64,000 nt of DNA from Tubiluchus corallicola (GCA_030141605.1 JAQGDQ010000254.1:62001-126000); one strand, 5' to 3'. Shown: positions 38,784 to 54,714, numbered from the stretch's first letter. The notes: generated by a model not told the origin, from the letters alone. A program made the numbers and translations.

Positions 38784-41699
38784 CTTAAACAGATAAAGAA
38801 TGTCAGATAATAAACAGAATGCCATAAACCTTTTCAAAACAGCTGGACGCAGTTAGTTATATACACCGGTCATGATTACGCATCTCAAAGGATAAAAAAC
38901 GTGGAAACTGCGCGATGTTGCAAGTCCGCATCTGAACCAGAAACCTTCTGACTACATTGCAAACACCTTATATCACTAGGTTACTGCATCTACCAGTAGA
39001 CAGATAGACGAAAGTCATTTTTTCATAGCTGGCCAGCGAGTGTGTGTGCATCGCTCACATATAGAGTGATTCTGTCTGATTAGATTAATTTTTTATTGCG
39101 ATTAATTCTGAGCCGATAATTTATGTGGGTGATTAACTAATTATTACAAATAGCGTAGATCAATTTGCTCTTTAGTGCACCGTTTAACTGCCGACTGCAT
39201 GACTGACTCATTGACTAATCAATTAATCGACAGACCGACCGACTGACTGATTAACTGACCTTATTCATGCCAACGAAATGTTGCGTAAGTTTTTTCATGC
39301 AAGAACTTTAAATTTTTAGCATGATAAATCCGTTTTCAACTTTTACGTTTTAAGATTATACTGTTATAAATATCAATAATCTTTCTATATTGATTAGCAT
39401 TGTACAGGCATTGAACATTGACAAGCATTCTATAAAATAGCTCAGAGTCAAATTTACGTAAAACGCCACTGAATAATTTTTTGACAAGTTGCATAATGTG
39501 TATGACGTAAAATAAAAATGTATTTGACGTGCGATACGTATCACTGCAAGCACCTGAAATCTAACTTGAAGTTTATTACAAATGATTTTCTTGTGATCGC
39601 AAACTCAGAAAGAAAAAAGTAATCGCACTTCCATAAAATACAAACTTAACAAATGTCTTCCGTATTTTTATATAGTGGCCTCATTGCATAGTCTGTACAC
39701 AAAAAATGTAGGGTTTACTAAATGGCAAGCTTCCTTCCGTACTTCATCAGAAGATAAGTTTTCTTAATCGATTCAATTCTTCCAATTTGTGGCAACTCTA
39801 CTAGCAGGATGTATGTGTGTTTCGGATGTATTTCAATGCCATTGTGAAGGGGTCACTGGCATTGAGGGTAGACCGTGTTTTTTGAACGTGCGTCGTTTTT
39901 ATGAGCTGCAGTTGCACAAAGGCTGCTAATGTCAACATTTTCGTATCAAAACGTATTTGAACCTCGAGTTTTTTCGCCGGAAAGTAAAGAGAAGACCTTA
40001 CTCAAGTTCACTGTGCTTTTTTCTCTTTCAAGTTTAAACTAGTCGTTAGCTGCAGCCCGCATTATGAAATGCTGGCAATTTAATACTAGACTGAATTTTC
40101 TTCTTAATTAATACAAAGTAGAGCCAGTAGTACAATTTTTGAGTTGCACACTTTGAATAACTACTTTTTATATGCAAGAGATCTTCAATATGCGCCAAGG
40201 ATTAAATCAATGTTTATTATGCTGTTCGTTTGATTGTTTGTTGAAACAGATTGTTTAATATTTCCACCAACAGGTAGCGCAAGAAACTCAATTAGGCTTC
40301 TTGTAAAATGAATTGTTTGAAGTTAAACTGCAGTCGTTCGTCTAAGCACTGAATGATACTGCAATAAATTATACACTGCACTACATAGTTGAGAAAAACA
40401 GGGCAACAAGGGCGGTAACAGGCAACAAAAATGTTTAATCGTTAGACATTTAAATGCGTGTTGACCTTAAAGGAAAGCCAGTCCCAATCTCAAACTATAG
40501 CTCAAAACAATATACCTTTTAAAAAATGTTGAAAGGGAACATACTATTTTTTCAAGAGTGACTTACGTGAAAGAATTTTTACCACAGAAACGTAATTTCG
40601 CTTTCGCGAGGTCTGTTCTTCGCGGTTATATGCATTTCATCATTCGCTAGTTAGATGGTAATGCGCCTAACTACACAATAATACTATTACTGTACTTCTC
40701 AATTCAGAGGTGTTCAGTTGTGACGTAGTGCATTCGTTCGACAGCTCATGCGTGAACACAGGGGTAAACTGCTTGCCTCACTGTACTTCAATTTTCGCTT
40801 TCACAAACACGTGGAACATACTCATAGAATGTTTGTGCTGTTGAAAACTGTGTGCAGTTGTGATGTTATCACTAGTTGTGCACACTCGTCGTTAATTAAG
40901 TTATCAAACTATTACATGCATTTAATTATCAGAAACGCTTTTTCTCGTACTTCAAAATGAGGCATGATATGGAGAATTGCCACGTTTTCCTTTATGAGTC
41001 ACGTTATGAGAAAACGAGATTTAACAGCTTAAACAATAATCTTAAAAGTAGTGGTTGATATAATAGCATCACCGATTTGGTGAAATTTACCAGCAAATTA
41101 GCTCTCATTACGCGTCATCTCTGCGCTTTATGCGATCCCTGCTAGACTTAATAGGTTCAAGTTCAAGCGTTCTATGAAACTGTGTTTATCGACGTCAAAC
41201 AAATTTAGTACCTTGAGACCGACAGAAAACATTAGCTATTCGGATCGCTTCATTATGCATCGCCACTCAGTTTCAATAGGCGACACATGGTGAATAGGTC
41301 TCTGCATGGACGCTTTGGGCTTGTGGAATCTATGCTAGAAACAATAGAGATTACATCTCCCTTAGTAAGTCCAAATTTGTTGTAAATATAATGTACCAAA
41401 GTAGTAGGCTTGCAACGCAACGCAATGTACAAGACTTCCTGGTACTGAATGACGTTTAATATTGTTTATACGTATATCATCGGTATTTTATACGCCAGTA
41501 ATATACTACTACTGCTATTACGCTGTTTGCTGTTACCGCTTTAACTGCTGCTGTTACTGCAGCTGCTCCTATTACACTATTGCTACTGGGCCCGCAAATG
41601 GGCCCGTCTAGCTAGGGAGTGCACAGCTTGCAATTTCGATAACTCCTCGATCCAAAGCGAGGAACATGTTTTCTGTAGTTGTACTCATAGCGCGGAATT

Positions 41700-43780
41700 A
41701 AAAAGCAAATACTGTTATCAATAACTTATCACTCTGTGAGGATGAAATTGAAACTTTATTCGTTTAAATTCATAGTAAAGCAAGCAAAAACATTGTGGTT
41801 GGTGTTACCTACCGCCCACCTGTTAATAGCTCTAGTACTTTCCTTAATAAATTCATGCATCTGTTAAATGCTAATAATATTCAGTCTAAACACTTGTTTT
41901 TACTAGGTGACATACTAGCCAATTATTTGTTTCCGCTTATCACCCGACCTACCAGAATAACTGATACATCTGCAACTCTCATTGATAATATATTTTCTAA
42001 TATAATTGATTCAGAAATATAAATGTGGCTGCTTACTCACTGGCATATCTGATCATTTACCAATCTTTGCTTTGCTTAACCTTAATTTGCCGATTTTAAG
42101 TAAATTCGTCTTTACAAAATATCGTTATGATGACAGCATCAAAATGAATTTAATTACTGATTTGAATCTAACAACTGGGATGATATCTTAACATGCAATG
42201 ATGTTAATGACGTTCCAAATTTATTTTTAGACCAATAAAACCAAAACGTACTGACATTAATTTATCTAAAATAAAAAAAACTTTGGATTACTCAGGGACT
42301 GTTAAACTCTATTAAGCACAAAAGTGAAAAGTATAAAAGTATGTAAAACACCCAAAAATGAGTTTTCAAGAGAATATAAGCTGGACCGTAATCGTTTAAG
42401 TGGTTTAATTAAAAAATCTAAATTTGATTACAACAAAAATAAACTTGAGGCTTATAAAAACAAAATGAAAAAAACATGGTACTTTATGAACAAATTATTA
42501 AATAGACATAAATCACACTCTCATGTTAGAGTTAAAATCAATATAACTACAGTGGCAAATTCATTTAATGAACATTTTGAAAATATTGGTCCCAAAATGG
42601 CTGAACAAATCGAGCAGGTTGATATTAACTACAGCCAGTTCTTGAACGGAGAATATACTAATTCGTTTAACTTTTATTTTCAACCTGTTACCCCTGACCA
42701 AGTAACAAATATTTGCAAAAAATGTAATTGCAAGACGAGCTTAAATAAATAAATAAATATATACATATAACATTTCATCTAAAAGTATGTCTGATAAAAT
42801 CCGTATCATAGCAGTTCCTCCGTGTCATATGATCAACTTCTTGCTTACTTGTGGAATCTTTCCAGATAAACTAAAACAATCAATTGTCATTCCTTTATCC
42901 AAATCTGGGTTAAGCCACTAATATGGACAAGTACAGACCGATTTCTCTTCTCCCTACTATTCCAAAACTGTTTGAACGATGTGCACATAACCAACATGAA
43001 GCTTATTTAAATAAATATTAAATCCCAATCAATTTTATTTTCATAAAAGTTGCTCAACTGATCAGGCTTTAGCAAGTGTTTGCAGTAAATTGACTGACAG
43101 TATAGAAAAAAATACCATGTAATGCGAACTCACCAAAAAGAACAAACTTTTGTAATTTATTTAACTACTGTATTGTTATTATTTTTAAGTACAGCGTACT
43201 TGCTTATTGCGTATTGCAGACTTTTTGCGAGGCCCATTGTCAGTATTGCGAGGTATTTATAAGTTTTTACTGCATACTTTTTCTTTGGCCGCCCCGAGTG
43301 TTTTCTGACCTTTCAAAAACGTTTGATACTGTCGATCATTCCATTCTAATCAATAAGTTGTTTCACTATGGTATTTCAGAGATTGCTTCTAGCTGGTTTA
43401 GGAGATACTTAACTATTTGCAATCGTTTGCAAAGCGTCAAATGCAACAATACCATATCTGATACGTTAACAGTTAAGTCTGGTGTTCCACATGTTCCACA
43501 GTTTTATTCTTGGTCCATTATTGTTTCTTATTTATATCAATGATATTACATACCTTCAGAACAAAATGAAAGTAACCAATTTGCTGATGATACAACAATA
43601 TTTATGGATTTTTGCAAACTTCCGCTTACCAATATGAACAATATGCTAAAAAATATTTCGATGTCGTTTAAGACTAATAAATTGGCACTTAATTCTAGCA
43701 AAACAAAATGTATCATGTTTCAATCTAAAAATAAACTCATTGGTCTTAAAATATCAAAAAATGTTGGTATTTTTTCCCAC
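41700..43780 (+). mobile_element. Degenerate L2/Crack-type LINE (APE endonuclease plus RT) in kinase intron 1
   Basis: [61 protein letters not shown] and FADDT motifs with many frameshifts. Confidence 0.9.
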
Positions 43781-44324
43781 ATGTCTTTCGCAGGTTCATC
43801 TCATAATGCTATTGGTTCAAAGCCAGGAATGCGAAGATTTTTCCAGCTGTGTTCTGCGCCCCTTAACACTCCTCATTCTGGTTAAATTACTATAATTAAT
43901 GATTTTTTCGTCACTGAATACGTCATCATTCGTCAACATAAAACTGGTTTCCGTCACTGAATACGTCAACATATTTCGTGCAACATACACACACATTGCA
44001 TGGCCGGATGGCTGAAATTGGCGTAGTTTATCATTTGCTCAAAGATGACCACTGGCTATTTGGCGCTGACCAGTGAAAGGAAAACTGTCAGACCTTGGAA
44101 GCACTGGGCATGAGAAAAGCAATTACTTATCTGATGTTAATGAAAGGTAATACAGGTGAGGTTTAGGCAGGTGCCAATCTAATGACGCCCACTTCCACAT
44201 CTACAGGGTACGAAGGACGCTCTCTAAACGGTGGAGGTCCTGGGACACAAATGGTGTGATACTGTACAATAAGTTTACAGGCTCCTTTGATATTGTAAAT
44301 ACCTGCATTGTGAAACAGAGTAAA

Positions 44325-44394
44325 GTAGCGGTGATGGTGGTAGTTGCGGCGGTGGCGGCGGCATGGTTATAGTAGTAGTAGCAGCAGCAGTATC

Positions 44395-44426
<32 letters not shown>

Positions 44427-44477
44427 TAACTGCAGCAAGAGAAGGAAAAGTAGTAGTAGTAGTAGTAGTAGTAGTAA

Positions 44478-44538
<61 letters not shown>

Positions 44539-44625
44539 CGTTGTAATAGTCGTAGTAGTCTAGCCGTGGTAGTAGTAGTATTAGTAATAGCAGCAACAGA
44601 GGCAATGACGGCGGCGGCAGCAGCA
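44325..44625. repeat. (TAG)n with CAG/CAA runs
   Basis: Visible tandem repeat. Confidence 0.95.
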
Positions 44626-45074
44626 ACGATATAATATACAGTTCAATGCAACGTGACAATTTTTCCATTTGTGTACAGTGTATTACAATTACCCTTTTTG
44701 CAACTTGCTTTCTCGGTGTAAGTTGTAAAGTTATGTATTGATAAAAATATGAAGGGATTACGATTAAATTAAAATAAATAAACAGAAATAAATGAATGGA
44801 TGAATAAATAAATAAATAAATAATGAACAAAATAAATAAATAATCAAACAAATAAATAAATGAAAGGACAACGTTAATTGAAATTAACAGTTTAAGGCGT
44901 AAATCTAAATAGCTGTTTGTCTGTGTCTATTGAGGTTATTATAAAAAAGAGTAATATCATTTATAGTAATCTCAGTAATCTATTACTTGACATGAACTAA
45001 CATAATAATTGTGGAAACTTGCCTAGGCAAAACAAACTAAAAATCGTATACATGTGTATTTAAGGTACCATGAC

Positions 45075-45220
45075 AAGACGGTATCGTGTAATGGTAAAGC
45101 GTCTGCTTTCTGTCTGGTAGGGCCTATTAAGTTTATGACCGGGTCATGCCTACGACTTTAAAAACAATGCTGGTGTTGCCCTACCTGACGTCAATTTGGT
45201 GTTTAGGATAAATGAGGTTA
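45075..45220 (+). mobile_element. Possible degenerate SINE
   Basis: A-box-like GTGTAATGG followed by CCGGGTCATGCCTACGACTTTAAAAA; B box missing. Confidence 0.3.
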
Positions 45221-47249
45221 ACAATAATCTCTGTTATGTAGTTTATCATTCTTATTTACAGTCAGCAATTAGCTTTCCGAGCTTATGTTAATTGCTAATC
45301 GAAAGACCAACTTTAATTATCACACGCATATTTGAAAATGGCAAAAAGTTTTCGGTAGTCAGCCTTGCAATTTGATTTTTTTGTTTTTTTAAGACAGTTT
45401 AATTTAGTAACTATGTACAACTGGTCATGGTAATTTATCCAACATAAGTGTTATTATTTTACAGTTAATTTTCACACCTATTTTGTTAAAACTTAAAACG
45501 TAGGTTTCTGATCAACATGGCAAAGCAAAAATGAGTATTTTCTACATGATAGTGATAGGTCACAGACATTTGCTTCTTATGAAAATGGCGAAGGTTATGG
45601 AGAATAACAGCTTAAACCACATGTAATTACTCAAACTTTGAAAAAGTAAACTCTACAACACCAGTCAAAACACTTCCTTGCCATAATTTTTTTTCCATTG
45701 ACTGTCTGGAATGAAATATTTTCAGAATTATAAAATACACAAAATTTTTTGACGTTTTAAGTGCATTAAAGCTCTCTTATGCTCTATATATCGTATTGGG
45801 AGATGTAGATTTAATGCACATGTGCAGGCCTATATGTCTGGAGAACACTCTTACGTCTATGATTTGTCGTAAAGAGAGCAGACGGGTTTAAATCGGAGAA
45901 AACGTGTTTCGGCAAACTTGTGAAGCAAAAAGTCGTCTGCAGTAAATTAAATGTGATTCACAGACAGGTGGGATTATTACAAAATTGTACTGACTGGTGG
46001 CGAGGGGCCAGGGCGCATCCATGATCAGTTTGCCGCGCGCCATCTACAGTACAATAGAATCGTTAAATGTCGCTAAAACATTGCATCATACAAGGGTAAC
46101 CTGCCACGTCAAGGTGCTTTAAAAACATGCCTCTAACACTTTGAGATCAATAGGAGTGGCAATTATCAAATCAGATTTTAGCAAATTTAGCATAATTTGC
46201 GGATGTAGTCAGTAAGAGAACTTGAGACTTGAGAAAGGACGGATTAAAATAAGACGGCGAGATAATATCAACGGAAAAAGTCAACCTACTAGCCCAGGGC
46301 AAGGATAGCAACACGTCAAAGGGAAACCGGCAATTTCAACAACAAATGTGTTTCTAAACATGGATGAAAATCGTTTTGACCTACCAAGCACAAGGAAAAC
46401 GAACTAACAATTGATCTCTTGTAGCAGTGGGTGTTTTCAAAAGCTTGATTTTTTTCTTCATAAACACCAGCAAATCTTTTAATTAAAAGTTTGTTCGTAA
46501 GGAAAAATAAAGTATCATAGTATTGAAGTTCAGAGTTTGCTCAGCGATTGATATGATTGAGTTTACTGACACGTTGAACCAACTGAAATTTCACAGTTGA
46601 ATAACGCTCTTTGTATATTAACGTTTAATTTAAGCAAGTATAAAACACTGCAATCTGCATAGTGTTTCCCGATATAAAAACAAGCAGAAAGCCCGAGTTT
46701 GTAAAAAATTCTTATTCCTTAACCTCGAAACACTAAACTCCTCGCACTTTAATAAAAACGATAACGGGCAGTTTTTTGCTTACGTAATTTTAGTTAGTTA
46801 AACTTGCCATTAGATAACAGCTAGCGCTACTTATATGTACATCGCTTATTATGATACTACGACATGATATTATTCTAAACGTATCAGTACCTAAAACACA
46901 TTCCAAGAGTGGGCTATGTAAAAGTTGTTGAACTATTGCAGCCTAAATCAAACTGTCCTCAGAAAAGTTTGCATTGATGGATTTTTATCGTTGACCTTTT
47001 GTGTCACTTAGTACAATATATAGATTACAATGAGAGTTGTACTTACTATCTTCCTGGGGTTCTTCTCCTTACCAACACACTGTACAAAAGTTAACTACAT
47101 AGTTAACATCATCTGATGAATCACAATACAACTTTTGTACATATTGACTAAAAGTTTATTCCACTTTGATCTTGACATGACTTTTGACCCATGTTTACCG
47201 TGTATGCAAAATCTGCAATATATTACACTTAATGCAAAAACGTTAATGC

Positions 47250-48035
<786 letters not shown>

Positions 48036-48643
48036 GCAGCTCAGCACCCTACCCGTGTTGGTAATAATAGGTCACATGTCAAGATCGTACATTTACATTA
48101 TACACTTGATTTACGAAACGCATCAGAATTTATCAGACGTTTTTATGGCTGCAATTCTTGTGAGAAATGACTACCCTGGAGCCTCAGCGTCCTCTAAGAT
48201 TTAATTAACAAACTTTTATATCGTCTAAAACTTATGGTTTAAAAATATCATATTCATTATTTGACCACAATTCGTGTAACCTGTTGCACAATACCCGTAA
48301 GCGAAGGTCAGGCATTTGACAGAAAACCTTATAGCTATTAAAATATGAACTACAAAAGAAGTGATCCCTGATCCCTGGGTGGTCCAGCCGCATTGTATGA
48401 ATCAAATGAATAGATTTGTTCTGTACGTTGCCTATTGATTGACACTGTTCAAGAAGTCATGCAAACGATCATTGAATGTTGCTCCATCTGGCAATAAGAA
48501 AGTGCCATGTTGTATTGAACGTTGTCAAGGTAATAGGTCACACTTACATTTCGACTTAGTATTCTACATTATGCATTAACAACGTATACGAGTTATAACA
48601 TATAACACGATTTTAAACAATTTCGCATCCATTATTGAAAATA

Positions 48644-48904
48644 TCAACACAACAAAAATCATAGACGGATTGATGAATGGTAAAGTTTTATTCTTTCTTA
48701 TAAAAAAACAGATATTTCAAAATTCATTACGGGCTTCATCATCATTGTTAAGTAGGCAGCATTGCATTTCTAGGTATGCCATAATGCCTACTTAACACTG
48801 ATGGTGAAATACGTAATGGATTTTGAAATATCTGTTTTTGTTTTTTGTAAGAAAGAATAAAACTTTGTCATGCATGAATCCGTCTACGATTTTTGTTGTG
48901 TTGA
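48644..48904. mobile_element. Almost fully palindromic foldback/MITE
   Basis: Arms ~48644-48758 and ~48785-48904 are reverse complements (e.g. TCAACACAACAAAAATC/GATTTTTGTTGTGTTGA, TGTTAAGTAGGCA/TGCCTACTTAACA). Confidence 0.8.
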
Positions 48905-51613
48905 CAGTATAACATATTACATTCTGTTGTGGCTTACTCTGTTCTGTGACACGCTACGATATAGTGCCAGCGATTCTATGCTTCTGTTTTTTATTTGCTA
49001 TGCTTCTGAATTTTTTACATGCTTCTATGCTTTTATTGTTATATCTACGTATATTTTTTATAATGTATAAACAACAACAAAAAATCCACCTAGTGTTTTT
49101 GTCCTTTTGCTTTCACTTGAAGATAAATTACCATGATAGTTTGAAATGTTGGGGTTTCTCTTTCCTTTTCTCTTGTTTTTTAATTATGTGATTTTTTATC
49201 TCAACTCACACGAGTTCCTCCGGTTTCCTAAGAAAGTGTACTTGGTATTTAAAACGATTTTATGATTAGGAAAATGTAGAAAAGTGTTTTGAATCTTAAA
49301 CTCCCAAAACTTGGCCCTAAAAACAGTCTGTCTCTCACAATCTTTTTGAACCTCAAAATGGGCTAAACGTAGTAGGCATCATACTAATGTCATGATACAT
49401 GTTTACGAGACGTTTTGCGTTCTGTTATATCGCATTGTATTATACTGTGCCATATCCAACAATGTCATAATGCTCGTCACCGCAGGATATCGCATCGATT
49501 TACATTTTGTATCGTATCGTGTCATTTATGTCTCGCGTTGCAGACTTATACATCATCAAGTTATCGTATCACCTAGTTTCATGCCATGCTATTTCACACC
49601 ATGATACTTGAAGACAAATTTACTACAATAGCCGTTACAAAAGTGTTTTCTTGAGGAATCATACAAGTATTAAAACGAAACAAGTTTTCTTCTTTTCGAA
49701 AGTCTTTCGTCTACACTGATCGATTTTTTCTGCGTCTGTTTTTTTCCATGACCGTTTATTGACATAGGAGTTCTCACGTTGTTAAAGTTCTGCACAAAAA
49801 CTTAGTGTTAAAACGCCTCGAGGAAACGATTAAATTACTAATGCGAAGCAATCACTTAGCAACTTGTTTAAATCATTCTTCTGTTATTAGAAAGTTTACA
49901 CGCCTTGGGACATCGCAGAACTTTTACCGGGAGAGTAAATGACCAAAGTCAGTAAACTGACCGTGGCAGGTTCCCGGGTTTGAGGGTTCAGCGAAGCAAT
50001 TGGAAGTTTGGAACGTTTGGAGCTCTGGCTAGACTGTTCTGTGGCAGACTAAGCCTTTATTCCAGCTTGCCAGGTGCTGATTACCATAACAATACCCGTG
50101 TGATTTACGCTCGTTTGATTACTATCTAAGCGCGGGATGTATGAACGAACTCATTTAAATTAAGCAGAGTTCATAGATCTTTTTTACGAAAATAAATTGA
50201 AACCATCTACTTCAGCTATTCATATCTTACAATCTCATAGACTTTAAGGAAGAAAAGGGCGCAAACAGAGGGTTGCAAGCATGTTAGTGTAATCTAACTT
50301 TCTGCAAAGTAATCTCTTGTAGTCTCCTTATTTTCATTAGCTTATTTTTGTAACGGGCAAATTTTGCTTGCTAAAATATCGCTTTTTAGAATGCCAGACA
50401 GAAATCTACATGTATTTGCTCTTTATATTATCTTTTGGGTAATAGAATGAGCGAAAGAAATAAGCCTACAAGGTAGAATTATGAACTATATAAGTACACG
50501 AATATGCAGATGAAGAAAAACAATGGGCATTGAAGAACCGGGAAAGCAGATTACAAAACAACTGATGTCAGAAAATCAAAAAGCAAAGCAGATAAGCAGG
50601 CCTGCAAAAAGGCTGGCGACAGGCAGAGTCAATCAGTCAGTCAGTTCGATATCACATCGATTAGACAGACAGGGGAACAATCAGTCAGTTAGCCAGCCAG
50701 TTAGTCAATTAGACAGCCATACAGACAAACAAGCGAACTGACAGAGAAACACAGACGTCGAAGTTAAGGGCGTTGTACTCTTTGATTGCGTGCACAGAGA
50801 CGCAAATGTAAAATGATGTTTTTAATGCGTTTGTGTGAGAGATAATGTTGTACATAAAAGGACAAATCGATTTCTCTCTGCTTTGTGTGGCCATTTTCAA
50901 AGAAAAGCCACTACACAGAGATTTGGTTTCCTTCAAATGGAAAGATCTCGCGGCACGAGACAGTCATTACCCACTCTTATCCAGTTACCTCAACTTCTTT
51001 ACACGAAGTCTTCCCTATTCTGAGAAGAAAGAGAGAAGATTCGAGTCGGTTAACAGTGATCGAACTGAATACAAATTCGGAAAATTGGTTCAAAAGGGTT
51101 GAAATAGAGTGAACGGGTACCGTAGTATTTCTCTTAGGCTTCATAATACTTCGTTGCAACAATAGGAATGTAAAATGTTTTCCACAGCAAAGGCATGTGG
51201 TGGGAAACAAATTACAGTTCTTTACTAATTAGAATCAGTGTTCTGTAGAGGATATACTTACAAAAATAGGGGATTGTTGTTTCTCAAAACAATCGACAGA
51301 AAAAGAATTAAAGACTAAATTTAGCCAGTATTAATTAAAGAGCCAGTATAAAAATATAATTTTTTCTACTTTTTTCAAAGTCGCCTTTCTTTTTTTCTTT
51401 TCGTTTTCTACTTTCCTTTTTAGTTTTTTACTTAACTTTCCACCCGTTTTTGCTTTTTTTATTTTGCCGTCTTTTCTGCCTTTTACAACTGTTTGCTGCC
51501 ACAACTGTCGTCACTGCTGCTGCAGCTGACTGCCTTTTTCATCTTTTACTTTTTTGTTTCTTACTAATTTACTATAATTTCAAATCATAAACTCATTGAA
51601 CACTATATTTTAC

Positions 51614-51724
51614 CTTGCTTCGAGTCACTTGATGCGTGGCTAACTCGACTTGAGCGAAATTTCCTTTCCCCAAAACTTGGCCGTCGAAGATGTAGCGCCC
51701 TAATGAGCGCACTTTCCTTCCCAT
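51614..51724 (-). CDS. HUNK-like kinase, coding exon 1 (MGRKVRSLGRYIFDGQVLGKGNFAQVELATHQVTRSK)
   Basis: Gly-rich loop LGKGNFAQV; start context AAAATGG; donor AAG|GTAAAA, phase 0, joins the VAVK exon. Confidence 0.88.
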
Positions 51725-51923
51725 TTTACTTAAATCCGAAAGGATCGCACATGCGCAGATCATATGTCCGTATGATTTTCAGTGTGGCAAGAGAAAATAT
51801 TTAATCATTCTTAAGGAAATTCCTAATTATATTGATGCAACTATCATCACATTTAATTCTCAAGCATGAAAGTCTCACACATAGAAAAGTTATTCTAGTT
51901 CGTTTCAAAGTGGTTTCATTGTA

Positions 51924-51931
51924 TGACGTCA
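51924..51931. promoter_or_regulatory. CRE palindrome TGACGTCA ~200 bp upstream of the kinase ATG
   Basis: Perfect 8-mer at a promoter-like position; function untested. Confidence 0.3.
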
Positions 51932-54426
51932 GCTCCAATGACGCATGCATTCTGTGTAACTTTTTTTTGTTTCTCCAAATGATCTGGCTAAGATTAGATT
52001 TTTCTGAAGATAAACAACCTTAATGCGTTTAATTTGACAGACGTTTATGATTTGACAGACATCGCTGATTTTTAAGTGAAGTATATTGTTCGCCTTAACT
52101 GTCAATTTGAATCTTCAACGATTTTTACCTACAACTTTTAACCTTATTTAGATTTTACGAAGCCATTAGGTATATGGAAATAAACGACTGAATAATTTCA
52201 TTTTGTTAGTTATTATTTAACTTGAGCGCTAAAGTTTAAAATTCTCCATTCATAAGAAATTAGTTCGTGAAGGGGATTAGGGTTTGGGTGAGGGTTACGT
52301 TTAGGGTTTTTAAATTGTATGGGTAATTGTAATCTCCTTCCAACTTGAGTAAGAGAAGTATAACAGAATGTCCGTTCCATAAGAAACAGCTATAAACTGG
52401 GAAAGGCAAAAGTCATACCTACATACACCATACAATACAAAGTGCAAGAAACGCGGTCACACTTTTATGAGAACGTACAAATCTTTATGTGATATAATTT
52501 TTTTGCTATGTAGTTTAATACTTGGTGGCATTTTTTGTAATTTGATCAGCATATTTTAGCATATCAGCGTATTTCTACTACACCGTTTCCTTTGGAACAC
52601 CCTGTATAACCTTCATGAACTTTGAATGATAGTGATGACATTGAAGGATATCGCATTCACTTATTTGTAGTTCTCATAAGTAACAAGAATGCTTTTTGTC
52701 CAGTAGAATTAATAACTGCAAAGAAGAATCACTCAAGTTTATCATTACTATTAGGTTTAATTCCAATTTTAACACAAGTCACAGATCTTTTCTATATGAA
52801 CTCTTTAAAGCTTGGAAGAGACTCACGACTAGTGCTCGTTAATTATACTCGAAACTAAAGCATGATTAAAAATAATAATTAGGCCCAATGTAGCAGCAAT
52901 AGCTTCACTAATGTAGCACTCTAAGTTATGGAAAACCCGCCACGTGGCGCTTATTTGCGTCAAGGTTTTAACCGCAGTCTCCCTCTCTCTCTCATTCTAG
53001 CGATAATTATGGCACATGCCAACTTGAACAATGATGACTCATGTGCTAGGCTTCCTGAGATTTTGCACATTGGGGCAGCTCCACAACAGGCTGCTTATGA
53101 GCATTTCGAAACACAGACCTACAATCCCGGAAATTAATATATAAAAGCAGCAGTTTTCCTCACTATTGTTAGGGCTAGACTACACTTCCACTCCACATTT
53201 ACAGACGAAATTCTTACTAGCACCCAGTTTACGTTCATGGTCGCTTTACATGCGTCAGGTCTTTGAGCGAATTATTATTTTTTCAGTTTGAGGAAGAAAC
53301 GTGATTACTTGAGGCCCTCCGGTGTGACGCTGAATTAATAAGCTTACATAATGGAGAGGCTGCAAACGCTTTTTCAGTTTCGAATTGCAATGTGCAGCCA
53401 CGCTCTTTGTACAGGGTGTTCCAAGACAAACAGCACAGTAAACATATATTTCACAGTTTTAACAAATATTTGACAAAATGAAACAGAACTGTAATATGAC
53501 CTCAGAATGACGTAAAAATAATTAGTTTGAAGTAGTGTCAAAACATTGTTATTTATGTTTTTAGCATTACAGAAACCAAAATAAGACGTCACGATCTCTT
53601 CATTTCCAATGAGTAGACTAAAAAACGTGCCGAATTCTCTGATTGGCTAAACTGTTTTCATGTACATATGGAAGCCAAGCTTTACAGGTAAACTTAAACT
53701 AGTATAACCTTCCTTTAAATGGCAAGTACAGGGAATTCTTTCCAACTATTATACATGTCATTTTTCTAATCTTCCTAATATATAAGTTCTATAACTACAT
53801 TTATTGTGTAATATTTCTAATTTGTTGCACTTATAACATGAGCTTGCGTGCTGTTTTACTTTGAATAACCCCCATAAATTAAATGCAGAACAAAATTGAT
53901 ATTGAAATGCAAAGTCTTTTGGTACCCGGACTCTTGGGTGCCATATTTTTCCTTTCAGAATCCAGACCATGTTTAGCAGCTTGTGAACAGTTGCTTTTGC
54001 AGGTGGGTTCGCTACAGTTTTAAATGCTCTGATACGCAACAGTTTGAGAAAAAGTCTAGTCAATTTTTGGGCACAGAATATGGTACTTTCTCTGAGTCGG
54101 CATTTGTAAGCACTCCAATGAGCAAGCCTCTGATTCTGATTGAGTTTTGCTAAAAGCGCAGTGCGATTTTTGAAAAAAGCGAAATTCTTTAGCGCCAAAG
54201 TCACTTTCATATTTAAAGATCTATAGAAGGGCCATAAAGCTCACATAACCGGTTTCCACCTATGCATTCAAAGTTCAACTACCAATGGTTATTAATGCGC
54301 ATTACATTACGCATAGTGCTCTTATGTGTAGGGATTAGAAATTGCCACTATGTTAGCTTTACTTACATAAACTCAATGAGAAAGAGGCAGGGAGAGAGAG
54401 AAAAATCAGGTGATGCAAAATCATTG

Positions 54427-54714
<288 letters not shown>

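Noticed and set aside
40466-40995. Kolobok-like MITE (TTAA-AGGAAA...TTTCCTTT)
   Set aside because: TIR match is short and the right-hand TTAA is absent.
41588-41615. Helitron-like 3' end (GGGCCC...GGGCCC then CTAG)
   Set aside because: No 5' end identified and no T after CTAG; too weak to call.
50845-51112. Plus-strand ORFs near kinase exon 1 (one containing HRDL)
   Set aside because: HRDL is not in a kinase context and no other motifs are present; coincidental.
52275-52310. Telomere-like TTAGGG repeats
   Set aside because: Only ~5 degenerate units; more likely part of an interspersed repeat than an interstitial telomere.
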